From NCBI GenBank assembly GCA_951406725.2, contig OX597837.1, forward strand, positions 25,420,001-25,484,000: DNA of 64,000 bases, in the 5' to 3' direction. The notes under the pieces are model-generated. The model made no database searches and had not been told where the DNA came from. It saw nothing but the letters and a program-made list of their open reading frames with translations. Shown piece by piece: positions 49,788-63,577 of the stretch; the first letter of the stretch is position 1; each line of letters opens with the position of its first letter. The stretch is from Octopus vulgaris (Eukaryota). The translations under genes were made by a program, and so were the position numbers.

Positions 49788-50009
49788 GTCTAGAGAAATA
49801 GGTGTTAGCAGGAAGAAGGAATTGTTTCCTTGAACTTGTCAGTTCTTCTGATATTGTTCACAGCTTGAATAGCTGCTGCATGTTGATGTTCCTTGGAAGA
49901 TTAGAAAGAAGAGAATTTCAGAGGATTTGATTTTCTGTGAGGAAAGATGGGGGTCTAGTGTTTAGTTTTGGTCTTGGGAAATTGTGGGGTTGAGATGAAT
50001 GGAAGGAAA

Positions 50010-50314
50010 AGGTCAGTGGTGTCAATGGCTGAGGGGCCCTACTGGAAGAAGAAGAGTGAGTGATGATGTGGGCAGAAGTAGGACCAGCATGGGTCTCTTT
50101 TGCTTCGGGCAACTGTAGTGGGCAGACATGAGCAGATATGGGAACTAGAAAGGGCATTAGCAGGTCAGTGGTGTCAATGGCTGAGGGGCCCTACTGGAAG
50201 AAGAAGAGTGAGTGATGATGTGGGCAGAAGTAGGACCAGCATGGGTCTCTTTTGCTTCGGGCAACTGTAGTGGGCAGACATGAGCAGATATGGGAGCTAG
50301 AAAGGGCATTAGCA
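50010..50314 (+). repeat. 152-bp tandem duplication
   Basis: AGGTCAGTGGTGTCAATGGC at 50010 and 50162. Confidence 0.92.
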
Positions 50315-50459
50315 GTAGGTCAGGCAAGTAGGGTGTGTCTCAGATTTAACCCAGCTGGACAGCCGATGCTGAGAGGGAGATATTTTGTTCCTCACATTGC
50401 AGTTTCCTCATACTACAGAAATGAAACCTAGAATAGGAGGTGAGAGCAGGAGAAGCAGG

Positions 50460-50850
50460 TATCATCATCATCATCATCGTTTAATGTCCGCTTTCCATAC
50501 TAGCATGGGTTGGACGGTTCGACCGGTGATCTGGGAAGCCAGAAGGCTGCACCAGGCTCCAGTCTGATCTGGCAATGTTTCTACAGCTGGATGCCCTTCC
50601 TAACACCAACCACTCCGTGAGTGTAGTGGGTGCTTTTTACGTGCCACCTGCACAGGTGCCAGGCGAGGCTGGCAATGGCCACGGTCGGATTTGTGTATTT
50701 TATGTGCCACCGGCACGGAAGCCAGTCGAGGCGGCGCTGGCATCGGCCACGAGTCGGATAGTGCTTTTTACGTACCACCAGACCAGGGATCCTGGCTGGT
50801 TCAATTCGATTTCGATTTCGCTTGCCCCAACATGTTTTCGCAAGCAAGTT
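50460..50850 (-). mobile_element. RTE-1 3'UTR fragment
   Basis: Family match with (CAT)n. Confidence 0.85.
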
Positions 50851-51599
50851 GGGTGAATTTAGGTGGAGGTGATATGCAGTTTTCTCATGAAAACTAGCGG
50901 CCATTATGATAATAACTGAAGTACAATTTGAGGAGTGTGGTGATGAGGGAGTCCTTGCCATTAGTCAGGTGGCCTTCTTTTAAATATTGTCCAAGATATT
51001 TCTGTGTATAACAACAGCAGTGGCAGTCCACATGTGGGAGATGTATCCCATTATGGATCTTACTGGAGCTAAAAAGTTTAAGTAAGTCAGTATTTATTCA
51101 AAGCTGAAGTATTTTCTGGTTCTGAGCAGGAAAAAGTTTGTCTTTAGGCTGCAAGTGTTATATTAAGTGCTATATTATGAATGTAGAAATCATTAGAAGT
51201 TGTGATGCAGTGATTGCAAGGCCTTACATTTTCTAAGAATTTTGGTGGTTTTAATTGAATGTGAATGTCATCCACGAAAAGTGAGATAAAAGATGGTTTC
51301 TTTGATGTGAATATTGAAGGACAAAAAATTATCATGTCCTCCTTAGAGAATGTTTTTCAAGGTATTTGTTGATGGAGATAATGAAGTTTAATGTAAACTG
51401 TAAATGGCATCCATGTGTGAAAGACTAAAGAGGGGTAGAAAGGAGTTTCATCGGCTAGAGGTTGAAAGGTCACAACTTTAGGGGAAGGAATATTTGATTA
51501 AATCAATCTTGACTCCTGGTGGTTGTTTATTTTATCAACTCTGGAAGGACAGAAGTCAAATTCACTTCAAACTCAGAATGTAAAAGAAAGATATTTTGT

Positions 51600-51968
51600 C
51601 CTCTTTTACTTGTTTCAGTCATTTGACTGCAGCCATGCTGGAGCACCGCCTTTAGTCGAGCAAATCGACCCCAGGACTTATTCTTTGTAAGCCTAGTACT
51701 TATACTATCGGTCTCTTGCCAAACCGCTAAGTTACGAGGATGTAAACACACCCGCATCAGTTGTCAAGCGATATTGGGGGGACAAACACAGACACACACA
51801 CACACACACACATATGACAGGCTTCTTTCAGTTTCCATCTACCAAATCCACTCACAAGGCTTTGGTTGGCCCAAGGCTATAGTAGAAGACACTTGCCCAA
51901 GGTGAGACTGAACCCGGAACCATGTGGTTCGTAAGCAAGCTACTTACCACACAGCCACTCCTGCGCCT
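51600..51968 (-). mobile_element. SINE family A
   Basis: Family match. Confidence 0.88.
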
Positions 51969-52338
51969 ATAAGTAAATTATTAATTAATATTCTTATAAA
52001 GGTATCAAGCTGGCAGAATCGTTAGAGTGCTTCGAAAAATGCTTAGTGGCATTTCGTTCTTTTTTACATTCTGAGTTTTTACATTCTGCTGAGGTTGACT
52101 TTGCCTTTCATTCTTTTGGGGTCAATGAGAATAGTTCCAGTGGAGAACTGGGGTCGATGTGATTGACTATCCCCACACCCACCAAATTTCCAGGCTTTGT
52201 GCCTATAGTAGAATATTCTAATGAGATTTGAATCATCATCATCATCATCATCAACAACATTTAATGTTCATTTTCCATGTTGGCATGGGTTGAATAGTTT
52301 AACAGGAACCGGCAAGGCCAGGGCCACACCAGGTGCCA

Positions 52339-52756
52339 TACTCTTTACTCTTTTGCTTGTTTCAGTCATTTGACTGCGGCCATGCTGGAGCACCGCCTTT
52401 AATCGAGCAACTCGACCCCGGGACTTATTCTTTTGTAAGCCCAGTACTTATTCTATCAGTCTCTTTTGCCGAACCGCTAAGTAACGGGGACATAAACACA
52501 CCTGCATCGGTTGTCAAGCAATGCTAGGGGGACAAACACAGACGCACAAACACACACACGCATATATATATATATACATATATACATATATACGACGGGC
52601 TTCTTTCAGTTTCCGTCTACCAAATCCACTCACAAGGCTATGGTTGGCCCGAGACTATAGTAGAAGACATCTGCCCAAGGTGCCACGCAGTGGGACTGAA
52701 CCCGGAACCATGTGGTTGGTAAGCAAGCTACTTACCACACAGCCACTCCTGCGCCT
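52339..52756 (-). mobile_element. SINE family A
   Basis: Family match. Confidence 0.9.
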
Positions 52757-53050
52757 AGTCTGTTTTGGCTTGTTTTCTACAGCTGGATGCGCTTTCTAAT
52801 GCCAACCATTTTACAGAGTGTACTGGGTGCTTTTGATGTGACGTCATCACCAGCATTTTTTATGTGGGACCAACACCAATGCTTTTTATATGGCACCAGC
52901 ATCCACACCAATGCTTTTTACATAGCACATTGATTTTAAGATGTCAATTCTGTTGTGGTGAGCAGGTCTTATGCAGTTAACATGTGGAAAAAGGTGATTA
53001 TCTGGAGAACACCTTATACTGACTAACTTTGACAAAGAATTTATGTAGTT

Positions 53051-53463
53051 AGGCGTAGGAGTGGCTGTGTGGTAAGTAGCTTGTTTACCAACCACATGGT
53101 TCCGGGTTCAGTCCCACTGCGTGGCACCTTGGGCAAGTGTCTTCTACTATAGCCTCGGGCCGACCAAAGCCTTGTGAGTGGATTTGGTAGACGGAAACTG
53201 AAAGAAGCCCGTCGTATATATATATATATATATATATATGCGTGTGTGTGTTTGTGTGTCTGTGTTTGTCCCCCTAGCATTGCTTGACAACCGATGCTGG
53301 TGTGTTTATGTCCCCGTTACCTAGCGGTTCGGCAAAAGAGACCGATAGAATAAGTACTGGGCTTACAAAAGAATAAGTCCTGGGTTCGAGTTGCTCGATT
53401 AAAGGCGGTGCTCCAGCATGGCCACAGTCAAATGACTGAAACAAGTAAAAGAGTAAAAGAGAG
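53051..53463 (+). mobile_element. SINE family A
   Basis: Family match. Confidence 0.9.
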
Positions 53464-53750
53464 TTAAGTGAAAACTTGAAATATTTAGAACAAGATGAAA
53501 ATATCAGGTAGGATGGATTAGCCAACAAAGATGCACTCAAGAATTTAGAGCATGAGTAGAAGATAGCCATAGGTGCAGGCATGGCTGTGTGGTTAGAAGC
53601 TTGCTTCCCAACCACATGATTCCGAGTTCAGTCCCACTGAATGATACCTTGGGCAAGTGTTTTCCATTATAGTGTTGGGCCAACCAAAACCTTGTGAGTG
53701 GATTTGGTAGATGGAAACTGAAAGAAGCCCATTGTATATGTATATATTTA

Positions 53751-53982
53751 AGGCGGCGAGCTGGCAGACACGTTAGCGCGCCGGGCGGAATGCTTAGCGG
53801 TATTTCGTCTGTCATTACGTTCTGAGTTCAAATTCCGCCGAGGTCGACTTTGCCTTTTATCCTTTCGGGGTCGATAAATAAAAGTACCAGTTTCACACTG
53901 GGGTCGATGTAATCGACTTAATCCCTTTGTCTGTCCTTGTTTGTCCTCTCTATGTTTAGCCCCTTGTGGGCAATAAAGAAAT
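53751..53982 (+). mobile_element. SINE family B nested in an old SINE A (53571-54060)
   Basis: Family match; TATATATTTAAG-like flanks. Confidence 0.85.
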
Positions 53983-54169
53983 ATATATTTAAGTGGGTAT
54001 GTCTCTGTATCTGTTCTCCACCACCACCACTTGACAAACTTAGCAGTTCAGCAAAAGAGTTGGAGAAAATTTGTCAACATTCAGCAGACTCTCTTTCTCC
54101 CATCCATTCTCTTCATCTAGCAACCTTTCATAGTGGTGTCTCCAAGTCTCTCTCTTTGCAGCCTCATTA

Positions 54170-54450
54170 AATGCAAGTGAACCATCATCTATGCAAACGC
54201 ATTTTGTCTCCTATGACATCATGATTCTCTCTCACATGTTGTCTTGCAACACGAAACACTTCAAGTCTTTGGTCCTCACAATGCAGAACAATGGCAAATT
54301 TTATCTTATCTGCTTCCCCTCTGGCTAAGTAAGCCTGTCTCCTAGCTTCCCTTCTGGCAATCTGATACAATTCCCTGCTACCACCATCCTTCCATGCCTG
54401 TTTCTTTTCCCTAATGGCTCTGTCAACGATATTGTTCCACCACACGTTAC
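54170..54450 (-). mobile_element. RTE LINE internal (EN-RT linker) fragment
   Basis: WWNNIVDRAIREKKQAWK..YQIARREARR. Confidence 0.75.
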
Positions 54451-54629
54451 CTTGGGTCATGTGATGCTATATCCTCTAGTTTGTCAAAAGGTTCGAGTAA
54501 TACGTCTCTAAATCTCTATCCATTCACAGAATCCTTAAGATTCCAGGCCCTTCTCCACGCTTGTTTTCTTCTGGTTATCTATTTAGCCCTGATCCTGAAG
54601 TTGCTAACTACTAATGTATATATATATAT

Positions 54630-54860
54630 ATTTCTTTACTACCCACAAGGGGCTAAACACAGAGAGGACAAACAAGGACAGACAAACGGATTAAGTCGAT
54701 TATATCGACCCCAGTGCGCAACTGGTACTTAATTTATCGACCCCGAAAGGATGAAAGACAAAGTCGACCTCGGCGGAATTTGAACTCAGAACGTAACGGC
54801 AGACGAAATACGACTACGCATTTTGCCCGGCGTTCTAACAATTCTGCCAGCTCGCCGCCT
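54630..54860 (-). mobile_element. SINE family B
   Basis: Family match. Confidence 0.88.
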
Positions 54861-55188
54861 TAGTGTATATATATATACAGAGTGGTTGGCATTAGGAAGG
54901 GCATCCAGCTGTAGAAACACTGCCAGATCAAACTGGAGCTTGGCGCAGCCTCCTCGCTTCCCAGACCCTGGTCGAACCGTCCAACCCATGCTAGCATGGA
55001 AAACGGACATTAAACGATGATGATGATGATGATGATTTTTGGAGAAAATAAGGTTGTGAGCTGGCAGAATTGTTAGCATGCTGGGCAAAATGCTTGGTGG
55101 CATTTCGTTTGTCTTCATGTTCTGAGTTCAAATTCCACCAAAGTCGATTTTGCCTTTTATCCTTTCAGGGTCAGTAAAATAAGTACCA

Positions 55189-55491
55189 CGGTTCTATATT
55201 TAAGAGATGAGGAATTATGTACATTATTTACATTTGATGGATATTTGTCCTCATCTTATTTGTTAACACAACGTTTTGGCTGACATACTCTCCAACCCTC
55301 ATCAAGTGTCTTGGGGAAATTTTGAACCTGGGTTCTCATTCCTAATGTAATATCGAAAAATACCTTAGGGATGAGAGCCCAGGTTCGAAATTTCCCCAAG
55401 ACACCTGATGAAGGCTGGAGGGTATATTAGCAGAAACGTTGTGTTAACAACAAACAAGATGAGGACAAATATCCATCGAATGTAAATAATA
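55189..55491 (+). mobile_element. Penelope-like fold-back insert with a hammerhead motif, 14-bp TSD
   Basis: Inverted arms ~55226-55346 / 55364-55490; TSD TAAAATAAGTACCA at 55175-55188 and 55492-55505. Confidence 0.8.
55401..55444 (+). ncRNA. Minimal type I hammerhead ribozyme-like motif
   Basis: ACAC-CTGATGA-A-GGCTG..TTAGCA-GAAAC-GTT-GTGT: core boxes, stem I ACAC/GTGT, palindromic AACGTT stem III. Confidence 0.65.
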
Positions 55492-56139
55492 TAAAATAAG
55501 TACCAGTTGAGTATCATTACTACCCAGTAGTCCCTCCAACCCTATGTATACCCAGGTCTTTCACCACTTATTCACACTCCCTTTACAATATCCTGTCACT
55601 TATATTATAGCATTTAAACCTCAAGGCTATGCCCTGGCACTTGCCACTATCTACATCTCTCTTTTGCTTTACTCAAGCATCTCATTTACACTCTGATCCC
55701 CGTTCCTTGTGAGAATGCCTGGCATTTTGCCACCATCTCCATCCTGTGGTTTGTGGGGTCAACTGCATCCTCCGCCTCATTTTTTGTTAATCACTCATTC
55801 TCATTTAATTGTATATATTTTGTTTGTTTATTCATACGTTTTGTCTCATTCGATACCCTGACCCCAACGTTTGTTTTGTCTGTCCCCATATTGTCCCCTC
55901 TTTTTCTCAACCTTATGGTGAATAAAGAAATACTCTCTCTCTCTCACTCCTGTACTTCTCTCAGGTTGTGCAACTGTGTATTTTCTTTGTAGTAGCACAC
56001 CTGTTTCTGTCTTCATTCCTGATCTTTCTCTCTCTGACCAGGTAACCTTGTACTTCCTCTACAGCAAGACACCTGTATCTGAATCACTATAACCCTTTCA
56101 CCATCACCTCCTCCAATGCCTTCTCCCCTCTTAAAAGTT

Positions 56140-56503
56140 TTTGTCTTGCGAGTACTTGGTGACCCTGTCGGTGCAGGTACCACTTAAAAGCACCCAGTCC
56201 ACACAGTAAAGTGGTTGGTGTTCGGAAGGGTATCCAGCTGTAAAAACCTTGCCAAAACTGACCCCACCTGTACTTGTGCCATGTATAAAGTACAACTCAC
56301 CTCACCTGTGCTTGTGCCACATAAAAAAACACTAAGTCCACTCTGCTGAGTGGTTGGTGTCAGGAAGGGCAATCAGCTGTAAAAACCCTGCCAAAACAGT
56401 CACAAAAGTCTGGTGTAGGCTTCAGCCTGGCCGGCTTTTATGGTACTGTCCCACCCATGCTAGCATTGGACACAGATGTTAAATGATGATGATGATGATG
56501 ATG
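56140..56503 (+). mobile_element. Diverged RTE 3'UTR with (GAT)n tail
   Basis: GTGGTTGGTGTTCGGAAGGGTATCCAGCTGTAAAA motifs. Confidence 0.7.
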
Positions 56504-56941
56504 AGTACTGGAGTCAATGCAAGTGACTTACCCCTTACCCAAAATTGCTAGCTTTGTGCCAAAATTTTAAATCAATATTTTAGGAGAAAATGTAGAACGT
56601 AGCTGTCATTCAATGAATACATGTGATTCGCCTGGTAAACAGAAAGCTGAATTAAATGTATTTATATAGTATATTTTTTAATTACTTCCCAAGTGAGTAA
56701 TGCTCAATAATGATTAAAAAATATGTGTTTGCTGTAACACGTGTATTTTTGCTCTGAACAGCCATACAACTTTTGTCATATGGTTACAATGGCAAAGAAT
56801 TTACTATAACACAATTATTTCAGCCTATTGACAGGTTAATATCATATGATTTTATGAATCAACAGTCAGATTTTATTTGCAAGTCATTGATTTTTATTCT
56901 GTATTTCATGACAATCAGGCACAGGCATGGCTGTGTGGTAA

Positions 56942-57160
56942 AGGCGGCGAGCTGGCAGAGACATTAGCACGCCAAGCAAAAATGTTCGGCAGTATTTCGT
57001 CTGCTGCTACGTTCTGAGTTCAAATTCCGCTGAGGTCAACTTTGCCTTTCATCTATTTGCCTGTCCTTGTTTGTTCCTTCTGTGTTTAATCTATTTGTCT
57101 GTCCCTTCTGTGTTTAGCCCCTTGTGGGTAGTAAAGAAATAGGTATTTCGTCTGCTGCTA
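56942..57160 (+). mobile_element. SINE family B whose tail runs on into an internal segment
   Basis: ..GTAGTAAAGAAATAGGTATTTCGTCTGCTGCTA. Confidence 0.8.
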
Positions 57161-57223
57161 TCCTAAAAGTTCCACTCTTTTCCGATTTCTTTTAAAAATT
57201 GGAGTTTAAAATACAGACAGAAT

Positions 57224-57439
57224 TTTGTTGTGTCTGGGGAGAGTCATTTTCTTTTTGTGCCTTATTATTTAACACACTCACCGGTAAAATTTCCACTTTT
57301 TTCTTATTTTTGGAAAATTTTACTGGTGAGTGTGTTAAATAATAAAACACAAAAAGAAAATGACTCTCCCCAGACACAGCAGAATATGCTTCAACACACG
57401 AATTCATATAAAGAATCTTGCAAACCAAATCCAAAAACG
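57224..57439. mobile_element. Asymmetric fold-back insert, 15-bp TSD AAATACAGACAGAAT; related copy at 63604-63737
   Basis: Arms ~57224-57295 / 57311-57382; TSD 57209-57223 and 57440-57454. Confidence 0.75.
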
Positions 57440-58868
57440 AAATACAGACAGAATGTTTTGCTTAAATCTTAGCAATGGACTATCCTTGGGTGCATCATCA
57501 TTCCATTAAATACTTTTATGATGAGAAATATATTGAAAAACATCAATACATGTCAGAGTGACAAAGAAACAAGGACGGTAACAGGTGGTCGAGAGATGTG
57601 CTAAAAACAACAGCTAAATCAACCTTAAATCATGCACACACAAAAATTTTCTTTTCGTTGTTTTATAATCGTATAAATTCCTGTGTGTAGAACACAAATT
57701 CGCAAAAACTTTTCTGAAAATTCCCCAAAATTAAAAAGTTATGAGAATTCCACCTAGTATTTAATATTCTTTTCTACTCTAGTCACAAAGCCCGAAATTT
57801 TGGGTGGAGGGGACCAAGTCAAGTGATCGACCCCAGTACGCAACTGGTACTTAATTTATCGACCCCAGTACGCAACTGGTACTTCATTTATCGTACAGAA
57901 CGTACAGACAGATGAAATACCGCTAAGTCTAGTATTTAATGTTGGTTTGGAAAAGGGAAAAAGCGGCGGTGGGACGGCAGAATCGTTAGCATGCCGGGCT
58001 AAATAGTGGCATTTCGTCTGTCTTTACATTCTGAGTTCAAATTCCGCCGAGGTCCACTTTACCTTCCATCCCTTTCGGTGACAATAAAATAAGTGATGTA
58101 ATAAAACTGCCCCTGCCCCGAATTTGCTGGCCTTGTGCCAAAATATATTTTCAGCGATTATTTGGTAAACTGTGCCGAATTTTACACTTCTGTAAATAAT
58201 AATAATAATAATAATAATAAATAATAATAATAGATGCCCTGATGCAGTGCATCATGATTGGAAGTGTTATCATGTACATTGTTTTGTCTTGGTATAAAAG
58301 ATGGGCTACAGCAATTATTCTGCTCAATACCACAGATTTGCTTGTCAGTTGTTTGACCTTAACCAGTTGAGCATGTCCCTTAGTGGCTGACGCTATGTGC
58401 ATCTCTGATCACGAGCAGAAGTAGTGGGGGAGCATCATAGCCGTGTGTTGAAAGGAATTCTTGGAGGTTTGGATAATTCACCTTTGGAAACATGGGTGGT
58501 TCGTTCTACATCTTTAAAAAATCCTTATTCAAGGACCTTTTGAGCGGGATGGGTTACTTGACCAGAAGAAAATTCTAACTGGGCCCCACCTGCAAAGTCA
58601 TGCGCTGTTTATCTTGATTTGAGATCACCATGTCGCGCACATATGGTTGTGATGCATGTGCCTGGTGTACCCTTATCAGACAGGTAGTCATGATGGGTAT
58701 ACTGGGCTTCGTATATTTTACCCTAGTGTCACTTTGATGGCACGCACTGCTCTCTCACTCAATAATATTTATAAGCTTAAAGCTTATAAGAGATTGCCAT
58801 AAATCAACTAAGGTAAATAGTCAATATTAGGATGTATAATTATTTCCTCTGAGCTATTATATCTCAAA

Positions 58869-59256
58869 CTAGCAGTATCGCCCGGCATTGCTCGGGTTTG
58901 TAAGGGAAATAACTATATAAGCATTTTTAGAGTTATAGCCAAAAAATAGCAAAAAAATGGAAAAAAAAATTATGGCAAATTTTTTTAGAAATCGTTGACT
59001 CATCGTAGACATTTTTAGAGAGTTACTTCCCTTATATAATAGCGAAAAAATGCATTAAAATGGAAAAAATGATGGTAATTTTTTTTTTAAATCGTAGACT
59101 CATCGTAGACGCGCGCTAATACCCAGAAGGGCTCAATATGAATCATGACTATAAGATACCCGCTTTTGGTTAAACTGCACCGCAAAATGTGGGAGTAGTT
59201 AGGAATCTAAATCGTAGGAGACAGACAGCACACAACCTCACTTTTATATATAAAGA
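58869..59256 (-). mobile_element. Non-autonomous Helitron
   Basis: Minus strand 5'-TC start, 3' hairpin CCCGAGCAATGCCGGG then CTAG end, A|T insertion without TSD; empty site at 61679/61680. Confidence 0.88.
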
Positions 59257-59706
59257 TATATCGTTAAATATCCTCCTTCAACACGACTTCAATAAAAAGA
59301 ATAGCCACTGTAAAAGGACATAACTATTTCTGTTATAGCCTAATGATATATCTTTATATAATTCCACTAATACGGTTTGGTCTTTTAACGTTATCCTTAG
59401 AAATAGGAGCCAAAAATCTTCCTCAAATAAAGTAGATTTTGCCGTATGCATAGGACTTGAACCCACGTGTGTTAGTGTTCTAAACAATTATCCGGCTTTT
59501 TTTTATGTGATTGTAATATTAACCTCTGAAATGGGACGTCCGCAATGGACCCAAAAGAGGGACCTGCGACTGAAGTTCAACTTAGAGTCACACGTACTAA
59601 TGACGATATGAATAGAAGGGACAGCTGCAGCCGAATCGTCTGGGCATTTACTGATCCAAGGGCAAAGCACTCTTCGGCTTCTGGTAGATTTTTTTTTTAA
59701 ACAGCC

Positions 59707-60033
59707 TGCACACACGCACTCACGCACACACAAATATACAAGCATACGCATACAAACACACACACACATACGAGAGCGTGCACACACACAGGCACTCACA
59801 CATACATACGCACACACACACACGAATATACATACATACGCATACAAACACACACACATACGAGAGCGTGTACACACACAGGCACTCACACATACATACG
59901 CACACACACACACAAATATACATACATACGCATACAAACACACACATATATATATATATACGAGAGCGTGCACACACACAGGCACTCACACATACATACG
60001 CACACACACAAATACACATACATACGCATACAA

Positions 60034-60079
<46 letters not shown>

Positions 60080-60148
60080 GAGCGCGTGCAAACACACAGA
60101 CACACTCACACAAATATACATACATGCGCATACAAACACACACGCACG

Positions 60149-60184
<36 letters not shown>

Positions 60185-60316
60185 CGAGCGCGTGCAAACA
60201 CACAGACACACTCACACATATATACGCACACACACACACACACACACACAAATATACATACATGCGCATACAAACACACACGCACACATATATATATCTA
60301 CGAGCGCGTGCACACA
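59707..60316. repeat. CA/TA-derived minisatellite with a recurrent ACGAG(A/C)GCGTGCA unit
   Basis: Units of roughly 70-120 bp; source of spurious H/T-rich ORFs. Confidence 0.9.
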
Positions 60317-61336
60317 TGACAATTAACCACACCGAAAAGCACTTGACAATTTCCTGCTACGTTATTCTCGTTAAGGATTAGTTTCACACACACACACATA
60401 TACATACATATATACACACATATATATGTGCGTGTGTGCCGTTGCTGTTTTATTTTCATTCATAGAACCTAATTTTAATTATCAAAGCTCCAAAAAAAAT
60501 TCGTTACTCATAAGTTCCAAATATAAACTAGAGAGAAAAATCCTTAATAATTCTGACGAAGCAAAAAGTTTAACAATTAACTTTTGCGAAAGTCCTTTAC
60601 CAGAATAAACTGTTTAGGAATATAAATAAATATAAAATAATTAAACTTTCAAATCTTCACGTTAAGTAAAAAAAACAACAAAAAAACCTTATCTTGTGTT
60701 TGATAAAGGTGACTTCAAGATAAAACATTAAGTGGTGAGAAACAAAAACAAAACAGGATTGTTCACTCTTTCTTTGTCTGTGTGTGTGTCTGTGTGTTGC
60801 GTGTATGCGTGCGTATCAGTTATTTCTTCTGTCTTTCGTATTACAACAAATATTTCACCCAAATGTAGCTTAGAAGCTTTAGTGGCCCAGTTTTCAAAGA
60901 AGAAACATCCTGTTGCCGATCAACAACTACCTTATCGCCAACAAATATAATAAACACATTAATTTCACTTATATCTGACATACGCGGACACACATTTATT
61001 CCAGTTATAATCTAACAGACACACAGGCATTGTGCTCTCTTCGGAAACACTCTTATATTTTATTGTTGCTTTCGGTAAAACAGCACCAAATTTTGGTGTC
61101 ACTTCGTGAGTGATTCCTACTTTGTATCCTTCCTTGGTCTCTTATCCTAACATTTAGAACCCTCAAACCCTGTCCTCATTTACTTTGAGGTACCTCTCTG
61201 TCCTCTACCTCTGTCCCTCCGGTCCTCTAGCCATTTCTTCCTCTCTTTGTTTCTGTCTCTCTCTCTCTGCCCTCCACCTCTGTCTCTAATGTTCACTTGT
61301 TCACTTTCTGCTCAACTCTAACTGCTTCTTATATAG

Positions 61337-61528
<192 letters not shown>

Positions 61529-61643
61529 TAAATGAAACTTGATTTAAGGTGTCCCTACAGTTTTTTTTTTCTTCTGTCTTCGCCCAGATTATTCGAAGAT
61601 ATTTTAAATGTTCAAACCCTAGTCTACAGCTGCCCCTTTCAAT

Positions 61644-61879
61644 TAATTATTTCCTCTAATTGTGCTATTATACCTCAAATATATCGTCAAATATCCTCCT
61701 TCAACAGGACTTTAATAGAAAGAATAGCCACCGCAAACGGACATAACTATTTCCTGTTATAATAGCCTAATGATATATCTTTATATAATTCCACTGGTAT
61801 GGTTTGGCCTTTTAACAGGTCCAGCGTGGGGGAAATATCCGTGATCCTTAGAAATAGCCAAAAATCTCCCTCAAATAAT
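61644..61879 (+). repeat. Diverged duplicate of 58837-59430 lacking the Helitron
   Basis: TAATTATTTCCTCT..CTCAAA|TATATCG..CCTCAAATAA in both copies. Confidence 0.85.
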
Positions 61880-62240
61880 ACTGTATTATCGCAAAAATAA
61901 CTCGACCCCCTCTCCCCCCAAAAGAAACAGGCGGAATGGTCACGGTTGAGATGTCTTTGATAAGTCTCTTCGACCGGGGACAACCTGGAGTTAAAGAACA
62001 ATAGGGATAATAATAATAATAATAATAATTATTATTATTATTATAATAATACACATAACTCATTAGCGATGAATTTCTCAATGTGTGGGACAAAAGAAAT
62101 TATGAAAAATTTTAATTAAAGGAACTATATACTGGAACAAAGTGTATATAAAGTGGCTATATATCAATAACTACATTTATTATACACAGCGTATTATATA
62201 TTTTATGACATTTGGGATATTTTGGGTGATATAACACACA

Positions 62241-62275
<35 letters not shown>

Positions 62276-63409
62276 AAACCTTCCAATATATATATATACA
62301 CACACGCACTGTGTGACCATATCTAGTACACAAAATATATGGCCCACAGAGACATGAATATATATGTGTATAGAAAACCACACACACAACTCTAACTGTA
62401 TTTATTTTAAATACACATCAAGCCAAAAGCAACTGACATTTTCTTATAATATAAATGCTCCGATTGTCGTCTCTAAGTAGGTTAGTCTCCTGTATGGCTT
62501 CTACATTTGGCTACATTTCTTTCCCTGTACTCCTCATTCACACAAACCAACTAATATTAGGATAATAAGAAACATGCCAACGATCTTAACACCAACACAT
62601 ATTTATTATCTAACCAAAAAAAAAAAAAAAAAGGTCGATCTCTTTATATTATAAAACCTTTTCGGTAATGTCCTCGTGTCTATTTGTGTCTGTTCAAGCA
62701 TGAGAAGCAATTAGGACAAATTTTAAATTCTTTTTCGTCCACCCTTCCCCTTCTTACGAAAGTCTATATTCAATCTTTTGTTAAAGAGCACTAGACAAGT
62801 GGCTTCATAATAATAATGAAACAGCAACGTGCTTGCCTGGTGGTGGTTTATATTACACATGTCAGTTCTCTCTTAGACGGGATAGTTTATGTACAAATTA
62901 AGTACCAGTTGCGTACTGCGGTCGATCTAATCGACTGGCCTCCTTCCCCAATATTTCGGGCTTTGTGCCTAGAGTAGAACAGGATATTTGGACAAATACA
63001 CACTATATAGACAAATAGATGGATACAGAGATATCAACATCGTTACATACCACGTCCATGCTATATATATAATACAATGATTGAATATATCACTGTTTTA
63101 CATAATACAACGTGGCAATCTTTCGGACGGTATCATAAAAAGTCAGCGGTGGGGGTATGATAATTTTTATTACATGTCGAATGCTGCGAAACGGCCGTAA
63201 TCATAAACATAGCAAGTGGTCAAATAAATATATTCACGCCTAATACCTCCTGACTTTGAAATAATTTCATCGATTGGATCTCCTGGCTTTCAGGTGCATG
63301 AAACTCATTCGTATTATGGCATGATAGGTCTTTTAGAGGGCCTTAGCTTTGTGTGATAACCGCAGGATTCTATAAATCCATCTAGGCAGTACTACACACA
63401 CACACACCT

Positions 63410-63577
<168 letters not shown>

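Noticed and set aside
18260-57160. tRNA genes at SINE heads, and recurrent SINE ORFs (e.g. RRASFSFRLPNPLTRLWSARG)
   Set aside because: A/B boxes run into SINE bodies without a full cloverleaf; ORFs are repeat translations with variable frameshifts
59503-60381. His/Thr- and Cys/Val-rich ORFs up to 182 aa
   Set aside because: Translations of a CA/TG minisatellite
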